Notes: generated by a model from the sequence alone, not told the origin. A stretch of 64,000 nt of DNA from an uncultured Actinomycetes bacterium (GCA_963742745.1 CAVUND010000018.1:3481-67480); one strand, 5' to 3'; counted from the stretch's first letter, positions 1-10,388 are shown. A program made the numbers and translations.

Positions 1-435
1 CCATGACCTTGCTGTGGCCGTACGGCGTGACCGGATGGAAAGCACTGTCCTCGGCGACCGGTGCGCTTCCCGCTGCGCCATAGAGCGAGCAGGAGGAGGA
101 GGAAAGGGGAGGGAAACGCCTCCCGCCTTCGCCGTCCGCCCCAGATGTACCGCGCCCTCGGCATTGATGGAATAGGTCGCTTGCGGATTCAGCGAGCCGA
201 TCGGGTCGTTCGATATCGCCGCCAGATGCACCACGGCGTCGAAACCGGCCAGATCCGATGCCCGCACATCCCGGATATCGGCTGCGATACCGGGGTCGGA
301 GATCGGTGGCGACCCGAAGTCGCAGCCTTCGTACCAGCCGGCATCGAGGCCGACGACGTCGTGACCGGCGAGCTGGAAGAACGGAACGAGCACGGCGCCG
401 ATATAGCCGCGGTGTCCGGTGACGAGAACACGCAT
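1..435 (-). pseudogene. NAD-dependent epimerase/dehydratase, 5' part (runs off the window), apparent frameshift
   Basis: The reverse complement of 433-435 is ATG. Translation is MRVLVTGHRGYIGAVLVPFFQLAGHDVVGLD (Rossmann GxxGxxG) ... AISNDPIG ... YSINAEGAVHL. Family-like sequence then continues in a different frame as SSSCSLYGAAGSAPVAEDSAFHPVTPYGHSKVM. The shift falls in the pyrimidine run complementary to about 101-112. Absent from the ORF track because no stop lies in the window. Confidence 0.7.
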
Positions 436-439
436 CAGA

Positions 440-927
440 CTTCCCCTTCGGTGGTGACGTCCACCGGAGCGGTGGCGGGCTGCGGAATGCGGCGAAGCCA
501 GATCTCTCGCCGTCCCTGGCGGCTTGCGCGATCCGCGGATCGGTGCGCTGAGTCGCGGCCTCCGGCGGCGGGGTCGGGGCCTGGGATTCCCAGGTCCGCA
601 AGGACCTGAATTGTGGATCCGCAGAAACTAATTGACCTAACGCAGTGGTCCCGGTCCGCGGTAGACCCAGGACGACAACCGGACCGTCGACGACCTCGTC
701 GGCGATCTCGGGATGCTGTTTGTAGTATCCACAATCTTCAGCCGCTGGATCAGAGCGTTGCTGATGGTCGCGTGCTGCATGACCCGGCCGAGATCGTTGA
801 GTTCGGCCTCGGTGTTCAAAGCGGCGACGGTCCGCATCAGACCTTCGCGGTAATAGGACGATCCGAAATCGTCCAGGCCTGTCGCGGCGCGCGCGCCGTC
901 TTCGAGTTCGTCAGCAGAGAAGCTCAC
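440..927 (-). pseudogene. Sulfotransferase-family gene fragment (N-terminal part only), frameshifted
   Basis: GTG at 927 forms a GTGA overlap with the upstream stop. Translation is VSFSADELEDGARAATGLDDFGSSYYREGLMRTVAALNTEAELNDLGRVMQHATISNALIQRLKIVD. After a one-base shift near 724-730 it continues YYKQHPEIADEVVDGPVVVLGLPRTGTTALGQLVSADPQFRSLRTWES, with the LPRTGTT PAPS-loop typical of actinobacterial sulfotransferases. Similarity fades well before a full-length gene would end. Confidence 0.55.
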
Positions 928-1270
928 CGGTAGAACCTTTCGTGTACAGCGCGTCGACGGGCTTCGATCACCGCGGCCCGCCTGTCGGGGTTGGTCATGG
1001 TGGTGCCGTCCGGCAACGACGGCAGAATTTCGTCGACCTTCACCACACGCGTGTCGGGTACCGGAGCCGTTTCGGTTCCACGCAGCGCAATAACATCGCG
1101 CCGTTACTGTGTCCCGCGGTGTCCAGCCAGTTCGCCACGCCGGGGTCCGTCTCACAGAACGGCGCGGAAGACCCGTCGTCATCGACGACCGCCTGGTGGC
1201 CGTTGAGACTGGACCAGTCCGCTCGAGGGTCACTCGGGCGCGCTGTGGTTCGGGACGAACACCTCGGTCA
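924..1270 (-). pseudogene. Remnant of an unidentified gene (C-terminal part), frameshifted
   Basis: Translation is DWSSLNGHQAVVDDDGSSAPFCETDPGVANWLDTAGHSNGAMLLRCVEP...PTRV. A frame change near 1041-1054 leads to VKVDEILPSLPDGTTMTNPDRRAAVIEARRRAVHERFYR and a stop at 924-926. I did not recognise the family. Confidence 0.3.
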
Positions 1271-1646
1271 TGGCTGACCTCGACCTGGGCGTGGTCACCA
1301 ACGGCGCATCGGTCGACGTCGTCACGGAGCGGGTCGAGGCAGACGTCATCTACGCCGACGTGATCCTGGAGCTGTCCCGGCTCAACACCCTGAACCTCTT
1401 CAACGTCGACACCGCGGATAGAGCGCCGGTGGTGCCCAGATCACCAACATCCTGGTCGGCACCGTCGATCCGCTTCGCCCCGACGGCTCGGCGATCGCCG
1501 CCGGATCGACGTCGGCGGTACGTCAGGCCTGGACAGCACCACGGTGTCGACGGAGTACCGCCGCCCTGAGCGGCGACCGGTTCTAGCTCGTAGATCGTGA
1601 TCTCCACCTGAGAGGACTCTGACGGGGTCCGATCAGGAGGCAGTTC

Positions 1647-2890
1647 ATGTCGATCTTGGACGTGGCTCTGGACCCCTCGACGGTGGTCGTCGCTGTGGAT
1701 CCAGGGAAGGTGATGAACAGGGTCTGGGTCAGCAATGGCCTGGGTCTGCTGGAAGATCCGGTCTCGTTGCCGGTCGCCAGGGCCGGGATCGAGCGGCTCG
1801 AGGCGATGCTGGCAGCGCATCCGAGCCCGGCTCGGGTGATCGCGATCGAGGCGACCGGGTGGCTGCACCGGGCGTGGGCTGCGGAGCTGGAGCTGCGTCA
1901 CCCGGGTGCGTTGCGGCTGTTCGCTCCCTCGGAGACCAAGGCCGCCCGCACCCAGCTGGGGTCGGGACGGTTCAAGACCGATGACCGGGACTGTGCGGCG
2001 TTGACCTACTTGGCCCGCCAGGGCGCCGGGCGCTGCCAGGGGAAGAAGCGACCGTCGAGTGGCTGCGGGCCGCGGTGCGGCACCGCCGCGGGCCTGGTGG
2101 GCGACCGTAAGGTCGCCCAGCAGCGGCTGCACGACCAGCTCAACGCGCTGTGCCCTGGTCTGTCGGCACCGGGCGGTCACGGCAGCTGGGCCGGGCGTGC
2201 CGATCGAGACCCCGACCGGGCAGGCGGTGCTCGCGTGCGCAGTCTGCGTTCGCCGGGCGCCCCCACTGTCCGGTCGCTGATCGCCCGGGCCCCGGGCAAG
2301 TTCACCAAGGCCACCGCGGAGTACTGGGTCACCCGGTGGCGGGGCTGCCTTCGGCCGCCGTCGGACGCCGAGCAACGCGCCGCCCGGCTGGGCCGGACCT
2401 GGCCCGCTACCGCACTCTGCAGATCGACATCGCCGCCGTGGAGCACGAGATCGAGGAACTGCTGGCCGGCAGCGACGGACAGGTGCTGACCAGTCTGCCC
2501 GGGGTTGCCGTGATCAGGGCGGCCGCGTTCGCCGCCCACAGCCTGCCCATCAGCAGGTTCCCCGACGCCGAGCACCTCTACTCCGCTACCGGACTGGCGC
2601 CGGCGATGTATGAGTCCGCGACGATCCGTAAGCGCGGCCGGATATCGCGGCAGGGCCTGGCCGAGCACCGCGACGCCTTGATGGGCATCGCCTGGGGACT
2701 GGCCACCTACTCGCCCGTCCTTCGCCGAGCGCGACACCGAGTACCGGTCCCGAGGAATGGCCCCGATCCAGGCCCGCGTCGCGATCGCCCGGCACGCCTG
2801 CCGGCTCACCTACCGGCTCCTGAGACCCAACAACCCTTCGACGAAGAGCGTATCGTCGAGGAAGGCTCAGCCGCGGACGGTGACGGCCAC
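1647..2890 (+). mobile_element. IS110-family transposase gene, multiply frameshifted (pseudogene)
   Basis: N-terminal DEDD-type region: VVVAVDPGKVMNRVWV ... VIAIEATGWLHRAWAAEL ... RFKTDDRDCAALTYLA. The C-terminal region is recoverable only by switching frames at least six times: PGEEATVEWLRAAVRHRRG / LVGDRKVAQQRLHDQLNALCPGL / VPIETPTGQAVLACAV / PTVRSLIARAPGKFTKATAEYW / DLARYRTLQIDIAAVEHEIEELLAGSDGQVLTSLPGVAVIRAAAFAAHSLPISRFPDAEHLYSATGLAPAMYESATIRKRGRISRQGLAEHRDALMGIAW / MAPIQARVAIARHACRLTYRLL / QQPFDEER. Confidence 0.75.
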
Positions 2891-2895
2891 GTTAG

Positions 2896-3126
2896 CTATG
2901 TCGTCGCAAGTACCTCGGCGGTGGCGGCAACGGTCGTGATGTTCTCAATCGAGTTGGCCTTGTCGGTCTTGACCGCGCCGAAGGCATCGGTGGAGGCCAT
3001 GCCAAGCAGCCCCATCGTCCCCAGCGCGCCGGCCGTCGTCTTGACGAGCGTACGTCGCGTGCTGGCCGACTCGCCGACATGCTGGCGGTCGATCGTGTCA
3101 AAAAGATGATTGGTGACCTCGGACAT
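2896..3126 (-). pseudogene. 5' fragment of a Tat-signal secreted protein gene, truncated next to the IS110 remnant
   Basis: ATG at 3126 is preceded by AAAGGAA. Translation is MSEVTNHLFDTIDRQHVGESASTRRTLVKTTAGALGTMGLLGMASTDAFGA (twin-arginine-like signal), then about 25 more residues and a stop at 2896, directly abutting the end of the IS110 remnant. Confidence 0.35.
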
Positions 3127-3494
3127 GCGCGGTTCCTTTCGGCGGACGGCCACACGACGGCGCGTGTAGAACAACGAGCCCCAAACGAGCCCCTTGGGGG
3201 TGAGAACGCGGAGCATCCGCCACCGGATCACTGACCTTCGGCTTCGCCCAACGAGATCAGCCCGCACATCAAGCACTTTGCGGGGCAGTGCGCGACGTAC
3301 TTCGGGGGCCAACTACCTTTCCGCGCGTGACCGGCGGGGCTCTTCTCGCGGGTGGCGGACTTCTCCTGGCGGTCGTCGGGCTCGTCTTGTTCGCGATGGC
3401 CGGAGGAGTCGAGACCGAAGGCGAGACGCTCGCCGGGCTCGGCGTGACTCTCATTGCGGGCGGCTTGCTCGTATTCGACTTCGGTTGGGCGCGT

Positions 3495-4006
3495 CTGGAT
3501 CTTGGCGGCGACCGCGTCGCGGACCTGCTCGGCCTTGTAGCCGTCGGGCAGGTGCAGCAGCATCGTGTAGCCCGTCGTGCGCTCGACCAAGGTGCCGATC
3601 GCCGTCAGGTTCTTCTTGCCGATGATCAGGTCGCCGTCCCGGTGACCGGGCACCGCGCGATCAGCCGCCTCGGCCGGGACGCTCGCTGATGTTGATCATG
3701 TTCGGGATGCGGTTAGATCGTCTCGGTCGACACCCGCATCTCCGCGTCGTCGGCAAGCTCACGGCGCAACCGCCCGGCGATCCTCTCGGGCGAGTAGCGC
3801 TTTTGCGGATCCTGCTCGACGATTGCGCGCAGGCGATCGCGCGGATCGTCTCGCCGCCGGCGCGGCACAGCGCAATCTCCTCACGCTCCGAGAACGACAG
3901 ACAGCGACCCTTCAGATCGCGGCATCGGTGAAAAACTCACCGGCCTGTAGCGCGGCCCAGAACGGCTGGATCGCCTCGGCGACCAGCGCATTAGAGAAAC
4001 GAACGG
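3495..4006 (-). mobile_element. IS30-family transposase remnant (frameshifts and internal deletions)
   Basis: Recognisable pieces, in different frames, are: GRCLSFSEREEIALCRAAGETIRAIA (HTH region); QDPQKRYSPERIAGRLRRELADDAEMRVSTETI; RIPNMINISERP; AEAADRAVPGHRDGDLIIGKKNLTAIGTLVERTTGYTMLLHLPDGYKAEQVRDAV. The catalytic C-terminal part is missing. What lies in 3228-3495 is unclear. Confidence 0.6.
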
Positions 4007-4708
4007 TCATCAACATCCGGTCTCCGGCCGACTTGGGGGTGACGCGCGCGGCGTGGTAGCCGCGTGAGCAGGGCTTTCGCTGTTGAGGATTCCTGCGGAG
4101 GTTGGGCAGAACGCGAAGGACACGCCGCTGTCCTCGATGCAGGCTGCTGGATGCTGAAGCTCTACGGCCCGAAGGAGGATCAGCGCGACGCCGGCGGAGA
4201 GTCCAGGCGCGCCGGCCGATGTTCCCCGTGCCGGCGCGCCCGAACCTCGCACCTCGTTAATCGGCTGGAAGCATGATCGGGATCACGCCCGGCGGTCTCG
4301 GAGCGAGACAAGCCGCAGCGTCCAGCGCTGCTTTCGGGGGATCGCCGAAGTGCCGGGCGGATCCCAAATCCCGCCTCCAGCGGGCGCTCGCTGACGAACC
4401 TCGCGAGCGGACGACGCAAGGGAACCTCAGCCGGGACACGGGCTTGACTGTCTGTTGGGTGTCAAGCCGGTTGATTACGCGACGAACGCGGACACCCTGA
4501 AGCAAACCTCGAGTCGACGACGATGCCGCGGGCGCCGCGACCGAGGCGTGGTCGCAGGAGGGTGAGTCGCGAGCGCTTCTGGTTTTGCACGGCGGCAGCG
4601 GTGGTCTCTCGCGCGGCCGTCGGTGAACTCTTCGCGAGAACGTGGCTGGGCGGACAGCGAGCGGATCGTCGCGGTGCCGGGCTTGGCGGGCGGGGTCGCG
4701 TTGCGCTG

Positions 4709-5284
4709 TTACGCGGTCAGGCCGGCGTCGCCGGCGACCTCGGCGGCCGCGCGACGTAGAACGCCGCCGCGCACGAGATCGACGCATGAGGCGTCGGCCA
4801 CTGTGTCAAGCGCCAGCCAGCACAGCGCTTCCAAACCGGACGGTGCCAACTCCGGAGCCGTCCGCGCGGCGAACGTCATCGTCACCGTCGTGCCATGCCC
4901 GCCCGGGCTGAGCGTGACGGCAAGCGCCTCGGCGAGCGCGCCCACGATCGCCAGTCCTTGGCCGAGCCCCGGCGAGTCGTCGCGCCATACGATCCCGACG
5001 CCGTCGTCGGTGACCTCGACGACGAGCCGCTCCTCGGCGACGTGGCAGCGCACCCGCACCTGGCCGGGCTCGGGTGCGGCGGCGTAGGCGTGAACGACCG
5101 CGTTGGTAACCGTCTCAGAAACGGCAAGTGCGACGTCGTCCAACAACTCGAAGGGCATCCCCGCCGCTTGGGCGAACGCGGTCACGCGGGTACGCAGCTG
5201 ACGCACCGTGCCCGGCACGGCGGGCAGCGTCCAGCAGGCTTGCTCATCGACCGCTCCGACCATCGCGTACGGGCAGCTTGCCAC
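4709..5284 (-). CDS. RsbW-like anti-sigma factor / serine-protein kinase (HATPase_c_2) with a C-terminal extension
   Basis: Motifs seen: LAVSETVTNAVVHAY ... VRVRCHVAEERLVVEVTDDGVGI ... GLGQGLAIVGALAEAL ... GHGTTVTMTF. The start codon is uncertain. Confidence 0.65.
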   Translation of the reverse strand: MASCPYAMVGAVDEQACWTLPAVPGTVRQLRTRVTAFAQAAGMPFELLDDVALAVSETVTNAVVHAYAAAPEPGQVRVRCHVAEERLVVEVTDDGVGIVWRDDSPGLGQGLAIVGALAEALAVTLSPGGHGTTVTMTFAARTAPELAPSGLEALCWLALDTVADASCVDLVRGGVLRRAAAEVAGDAGLTA

Positions 5285-5574
5285 GGCCGGCGCGTGACGC
5301 GCGCTTCCTCGGGTCAGCCGACGCAGCGGCTGATCGCGCGGCCTGCTGAGCGGCGTCTATCCACGGCGCCCGCGGGCGCCCGTGCGCCAGCCGGCGGTGC
5401 TACTCGCCGCGGGCGTCCTTTGGCAGTGCGGCGCAGACTCCGTGATCCCGGGTCATAGCGGACGGGGTGGCGGCGCCCGCCGCTGAGGCGATGGAGCAGA
5501 GTCGTGTCGCGCTGTGCGCAGCCGCGACCGTGCGCAACGGTCTTACACGCGGCTGGGAGAGCGGGTACCGGCGA

Positions 5575-6844
5575 TCAGCCAGGTTGTCGGCTGATCGCGA
5601 TGACGGCGACGTCGTCGCGTAGCGGCAGTTCGAGGCGCCCGAGGGTGTCGGTGACACGGGCGACGATCTGGTGTGCGGCGGTGTCCGATGCGCTGCAGAT
5701 GACGTCGGCAAGCCACTGCTCGTCAACTCGGGCGCCGCCGAGTTGGATGTCGAGCAGGCCGTCGCTGTAGAGAACGATGGCGTCGTCTCGGTTGCAGTTC
5801 AATCCGGCAGGTCTGAAAGGCGGCGTCGTTGAAGGCGCCGAGCATCGTGCCGCGGGTCTGGACGGGTTCGGCGGTGCCGCCCGCGCGCAGCACAAGCGGT
5901 GGGGGGTGCCCGCCGACCGCAAGGGTGATCGTCATCTCGCTGCCACTGGTGTCGATCTGGCCGAAGACGGCGGTGCACATATCGTCGGCGTCCTGTATGA
6001 GCAGTGCCGCGTTGAGGTCGCGCAGCACGTCAGCGGGGTCTTGATGGTGCATCGCGGCGGCGCGGAGGGTGTAGCGGGCGAGTGAGGTGAGGCTGGCGGC
6101 TTCGGGGCCCTTGCCGCAGACGTCGCCAAGAAAGAATCCCCAACGATCGGTTTGCAGCGCGAAGAGGTCATAGAAGTCGCCGCCGACCTCGGCCTGTGAG
6201 AACGGCTGGTAGTGCACCGCGATCTGCAGACCGGGCACATCGGGCAGAGTCGGCGGAGACAGGCTGCGCTGAAGCGTTCGTGCCAACTGCTCGGCGTGGC
6301 GCTGCTGCTCAAGCGCCTCGTGGCGCGCGTCACGTTCAAGGCGCAGTTCGCGCATCGCGGCGAGACGCAGTTCGAGCTCGTCCATGACGATCGCCGCCAG
6401 ATCGCGCAGCGTCTGCATCTCCGCCTCAGTCACCACACGCGCCTTGCCGTCGATGACGTTCACGGTGCCGAGCCGATGGCCGTCGGACGTCGTGATCGGC
6501 GCCGCCGCGTAGAAGCGCACCCCCATCTCGCCGTGGACGAGCTCGTTGCTCGCGACGCGTGGATCGGTCAGGGCATTGCTGATCACATAGGTGTCGTCTT
6601 GCATGATCGCCGACGCGCATAGGCCGGGCACGCGCGGGATCTGCACGACATCAAGGCCCGCGCAGGCCTTAAACCAGATGCGGTCCTCGTCGACGATCGT
6701 CACGGTCGCGATCGGCACGTCAAAGATCCGGGCCGCCAGCGCGCAGATGCGATCAAACGCACCGTCGGGAGGCGAGTCAAGGATGTCGTAGCGGCGCACC
6801 GCCGCGAGACGGGCGACTTCGGGCAAGGCGAGCGCAGCTTGCAT
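5575..6844 (-). CDS. GAF domain plus PP2C/SpoIIE serine phosphatase, with an apparent one-base frameshift near 5788-5800
   Basis: GAF region: RRYDILDSPPDGAFDRICALAARIFDVPIATVTIVDEDRIWFKA. PP2C region: EVGGDFYDLF ... FLGDVCGKGPEAASLTSLARYTLR. The track splits the gene. 5723-6844 ends in an Arg-rich tail, while 5575-5922 carries the expected continuation RDDAIVLYSDGLLD ... DDVAVIAISRQP. Total length is 1270 nt, which is 3n+1. Confidence 0.75.
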
Positions 6845-6946
6845 CAGATCAGATCACGCTACCGCAAGAGGTTGCGCAAACCGCCCCTCAGTTAATGAAC
6901 GTCCCCCCGCGCGACTTCCGGCCGCCGGCACAGCGGACGGTTTCCG

Positions 6947-7560
6947 GTGAACGATCCGGACCGCGAACAGCGTCTTCTCGTGCGCAGTGGCCGCCAGCGG
7001 GTAGCGAGCTCGGCCGAACGCGTCGATACGCACTCTCCTGGGTCCCAGCGCGTAGCGTCCGCGATCAGCCACGCGCGCGTGAAGACCGACAAGATCGACG
7101 CCAGGGTCCTTGCTGATCTGCTGGCCGCCGACCTGATCCCCAACGTGTGGATCGGCGACGACCGCACGCGCATGCTGCGTCGACTCGTGTCACGCCGGCG
7201 CGGGCTGGTCAAGCGGCGCACGCAGGTCAAGAACGAGATCTCGGCGGTGATGCATCGCAACCTCAAAGACGCCACGGCTTTATCTCTGTCGCCGAAGCCG
7301 CGCGCGGGCCTTCTGCGTGCCTCTCGCTTGAAGTGACCGCCCAAAGCGCGTGACGGCGCAGCGATAGACGCCGCGTGGCGGCTTCCGCTTTCCTGGAAGC
7401 CAGCTGCTCGGCGCACTCGAGCGGGCTCCAGCAGCCGGTCGACGACCGGTGACCGAACGTCGTCCACGCTCGCAAGTCCCACGCGGGAGCGTGTCGTCCC
7501 GATAGGCCCGTCCGAAAGGGAATCCCGCAAGGGCACGTCATCCGGCGCAATCCGGCATTG
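6947..7560 (+). mobile_element. Second, unrelated IS110-family transposase remnant, degraded
   Basis: Translation is ARVKTDKIDARVLADLLAADLIPNVWIGDDRTRMLRRLVSRRRGLVKRRTQVKNEISAVMHRNL. No intact N-terminal domain is present. The downstream part is only faintly recognisable across frames and runs up to the thrB stop. Confidence 0.6.
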
Positions 7561-7610
7561 CGCGCCGCGTCAAGTTGCGCGCTGATGGCGTCGAGCGGGA
7601 GAGGGCCGGC

Positions 7611-8468
7611 CTACAGCTCGCGCACGTCGGCGCCCTGCGGCTCGAACGGCGCGCGCAGCACGTCGGCCCAGCCCTCGGCCTCGCCGCGCAGGCGCCCGAC
7701 GACGGCGCCGGTCGCGTCGGCCTGCGTCCAGAACAGCACGGTCGGACCGGCGCCGGAGATCGTCGCCCCGATCGCCCCGAACTCGCGCGCGCGCTTGAGC
7801 AGTGCCATCGACTTGGGAAAGAGGTGCGCGCGGTAGGGCTGATGCAGCCGGTCATCCAGCCCGCGGCCGATGAGGCTGAAGTCGGCGGTCGCGAGGCCGA
7901 GCGTGAGCACCGAGGCGCGGGCGACGTTGGCGACGGCGTCGGCCATCGGCACCTGCTCGGGTAGCGCCTTGCGCGCCACCGCCGTGCGCACCGCCGCGCG
8001 CGGCACGACGATCACCGCCTCCAACCCGTCGGGCGGCTCGAAGCGCGCGACCTCGTGGCCGGTGACGATCACGAAGCCGCCCAGCAGTGCCGCCGCGGCG
8101 TTGTCGGGGTGACCCTCCAGCTCGGCGACGTGGCCGAGCAGGTCCTCCTGCAGCTCGAACATGTGCGAGGCGGCCAACACGCCGGCCGTGTACGCCGCGG
8201 CGCTCGAGCCCAGGCCGCCCGACAGGGGCACGTCGGAGCGGATGCGGAAGGTGAAGCGGTCGGGCGGGTGTAGCCGCGCGAAGCCGCGCACGCAGAGGTT
8301 GCGCCGGTCGCGCGCGATGTCGAGCTTCGTGTCCACGCCGAAACGGCCGGTCTCGACGACCTCGAGCTCGACGTGCAGCGCCAGCGCGGCCGCAAACGCG
8401 TCGAAGCCGGGACCGAGGTTCGCCGACGACGCCGGCACCCGGACGAGCCGGCGGCGCTTGACGGTCAC
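7611..8468 (-). CDS. thrB: Homoserine kinase
   Basis: GTG at 8468 is in a GTGA overlap with the thrC stop. Motifs: [21 protein letters not shown] ... [17 protein letters not shown] ... [13 protein letters not shown] ... [12 protein letters not shown]. The 443-aa track ORF is 5'-overextended. Confidence 0.9.
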   Translation of the reverse strand: MTVKRRRLVRVPASSANLGPGFDAFAAALALHVELEVVETGRFGVDTKLDIARDRRNLCVRGFARLHPPDRFTFRIRSDVPLSGGLGSSAAAYTAGVLAASHMFELQEDLLGHVAELEGHPDNAAAALLGGFVIVTGHEVARFEPPDGLEAVIVVPRAAVRTAVARKALPEQVPMADAVANVARASVLTLGLATADFSLIGRGLDDRLHQPYRAHLFPKSMALLKRAREFGAIGATISGAGPTVLFWTQADATGAVVGRLRGEAEGWADVLRAPFEPQGADVREL

Positions 8469-9463
8469 CCGAGCACGGCCTCCTCGACGGCGGCGAGCGT
8501 CGGCTCGCACGGGATCACGCCGCCGGCCTGGTTGAGCGCCGTCTCGGGGTCCTTCAGCCCGTGGCCGGTGAGCACGCAGGCCACGCGCGCGCAGCCGTCG
8601 GCGCCGTAGCGCAGCAGCCCGGCGACCGACGCCGCGCTGGCCGGCTCGCAGAAGACGCCCTCGCGCTTGGCGAGCAGGTTGTAGGCGCCGAGGATCTCCG
8701 CGTCGGAGACCGCCCGCACCATGCCGCGCGAGGCGGTCATCGCCTCCATCGCCTCCTCCCAGCGCGCCGGGTTGCCGATCCGGATGGCGCTGGCGATCGT
8801 TTCCGGGCTGTCGACGCGTTTGCCGAGCACGAGCGGCGCGGCGCCCTCGGCCTGGAAGCCGAACAGCCGCGGCGTGACACCGTCCTCGACGAACCCCTTG
8901 TGGTAGGCGGTGATGTTGCCGGCGTTGCCGACCGGGATGCACAGCGCGTCGAGTCCACCAAGCTGCTCGACGATCTCGAAGGACGCCGTCTTCTGACCCT
9001 CCAGCCGGTACTGGTTGACGGAGTTGACGAGCGCGATCGGCTGGCGCTCGGTGAGGGCGCGCACGAGCGTCAGCGCCTGGTCGAAGTTGCCGCGCAGGGC
9101 GATCACGCGCGCGCCGTGCATGAGCGCCTGGGCGAGCTTGCCCTGGGCGATCTTGCCCTCGGGCACGATCACCGCGCAGGTCAGGCCGGCGCGGGCGGCG
9201 TAGGCGGCGGCGCTCGCGGCGGTGTTGCCGGTCGAGGCGCAGATCACGGCCTTGGCGCCCTCGCGCACCGCGGCGCTGACGGCGCAGGTCATCCCGCGGT
9301 CCTTGAAGGAGCCCGTCGGGTTCAGGCCCTCGAGCTTCAGCCAGACCTCGGCCTCGACGAGCTCGGAGATGTGCGGCGCGTGGACGAGCGGCGTCGTGCC
9401 CTCGCCGAGCGAGACGACGGGATCCTCGGCGGCGAAGGGCAGGCGCTCGCGGTAGCGCTCCAT
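8465..9463 (-). CDS. thrC: Threonine synthase
   Basis: Motifs: [10 protein letters not shown] ... [11 protein letters not shown] ... [15 protein letters not shown] (PLP lysine) ... [18 protein letters not shown] at 9463 has AGGA 3 nt upstream. An alternative GTG lies at 9475. Confidence 0.92.
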   Translation of the reverse strand: MERYRERLPFAAEDPVVSLGEGTTPLVHAPHISELVEAEVWLKLEGLNPTGSFKDRGMTCAVSAAVREGAKAVICASTGNTAASAAAYAARAGLTCAVIVPEGKIAQGKLAQALMHGARVIALRGNFDQALTLVRALTERQPIALVNSVNQYRLEGQKTASFEIVEQLGGLDALCIPVGNAGNITAYHKGFVEDGVTPRLFGFQAEGAAPLVLGKRVDSPETIASAIRIGNPARWEEAMEAMTASRGMVRAVSDAEILGAYNLLAKREGVFCEPASAASVAGLLRYGADGCARVACVLTGHGLKDPETALNQAGGVIPCEPTLAAVEEAVLG

Positions 9464-9488
9464 CAGTCCTGACACGACGGAGACCCTA

Positions 9489-9523
9489 CTCGTGGGCGCG
9501 GGCTCGTTGCCCGCGCCGACGAG
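9489..9523 (-). terminator. GC-rich hairpin between the lipoprotein gene and thrC (candidate U-tract-less terminator or insulator)
   Basis: On the minus strand the sequence is CTCGT-C-GGCGCGGGC aacga GCCCGCGCC-C-ACGAG. That gives a 9-bp perfect core plus 5 further bp across a C/C mismatch, with no U run following. Confidence 0.35.
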
Positions 9524-9542
9524 GGGCCCGTCGCGCTTCGCG

Positions 9543-10388
9543 TCAGGTGGTGACGAAGAACCCGAGGTTCTGCGCGAATCCGCAGCCCAGCGCCTTGGCC
9601 TTGGCGACGATGAGGTTGTTGGCGGTCATCGCATCCTTGATCTCCTGCGCGCTGCCGGCGGCGTCGAGCACGTCGCCGTTGTCGTTGAGCTGGCGGTTGA
9701 GCGCGCTGCAGCGCTTCTCCTTGATGAACGAGCGGCTCTCGGGCGGCGCGCTCGGGCTCTCCTTGACGCCCACGAGCCCCTGTTCCTCGGCGGTCAGCGG
9801 CGGGCTCGAGACGCCGGTCGTCGTCGCCTTGGACTTGCCGCCCGCCTCGTCGGAAGTCTGGATGCCCTTCAGCTCGAGCGTGTCGCTGACGACCCAGCCA
9901 CGCGTGACGCCCTTGACCCGCTCGCGGAAGTAGCCACCGACCTTCGTGGGTTCGAGCGCGAAATCGTCGCTGACGTCGCCGCTCTTGACGCTGGCGCTGG
10001 TCGGCGCGTCGCCCGACAGCGTCAGGTCGACCGTGCCGTCGCCCTTGACGGCCTTCAGCGTGGCGCTGTCGGCGCCGTCCTCGATCGTGCCCGAGAACGC
10101 CCGGCCCAGCGTCCTTCCGTCGCAGAGGTACGCCACGACGTCGCCATCGCCGGCGACCGTCACCGCGAGTCCGTAGTCCTTGCCTGCCTCGGTGTCGACG
10201 AAGCGCGCGAGATGCGCCGGGTACTCCTCGCCGAGCGTCGGGATCTGCGCGAGCAGGGCGCTGCCGGAGGCAGCCGCGGCGACCGGGGTGGGATTGTCCT
10301 CGCCGCCGCAGGCGGCCAGGCCGGTGCCCAGCGCAAGCGCGGCGATGACGACCGCGCGCGCGGGCCGGTGGATGACTGGGATGAGCAT
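9543..10388 (-). CDS. Lipoprotein of unknown family (paralog 1)
   Basis: ATG at 10388 is preceded by TAGGAGAACCC, so the SD overlaps the GMC stop. Signal with lipobox: [27 protein letters not shown]. About 65 percent identical by eye to the product of 14963-15805 over the first 210 or so residues. Confidence 0.75.
   Translation of the reverse strand: MLIPVIHRPARAVVIAALALGTGLAACGGEDNPTPVAAAASGSALLAQIPTLGEEYPAHLARFVDTEAGKDYGLAVTVAGDGDVVAYLCDGRTLGRAFSGTIEDGADSATLKAVKGDGTVDLTLSGDAPTSASVKSGDVSDDFALEPTKVGGYFRERVKGVTRGWVVSDTLELKGIQTSDEAGGKSKATTTGVSSPPLTAEEQGLVGVKESPSAPPESRSFIKEKRCSALNRQLNDNGDVLDAAGSAQEIKDAMTANNLIVAKAKALGCGFAQNLGFFVTT

Noticed and set aside
3288-3689. Plus-strand ORF with two hydrophobic segments (LLAGGGLLLAVVGLVLFAMAGG, LGVTLIAGGLLVFDFGW) overlapping the IS30 remnant
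   Set aside because: Its GC3 is no better than that of the opposite-strand frame, it has no start context, and it runs antisense into recognisable IS30 sequence. It cannot be supported as a gene.
4441-4468. 8-bp perfect hairpin GGCTTGAC-N12-GTCAAGCC in the ORF-poor stretch 4030-4700
   Set aside because: No intact gene ends nearby and there is no clean U-tract. It is probably a relic terminator of a decayed gene, and nothing further can be said from the sequence.
7611-8942. 5'-overextended track ORFs (also 10397-12538, 11974-15057, 18091-20364, 23530-25113, 32087-33781, 36916-38508, 41617-43341, 41964-43850)
   Set aside because: The upstream portions overlap the preceding gene in another frame and are Arg-rich. 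Internal starts with an SD or stop-start overlaps give products of the expected family length.
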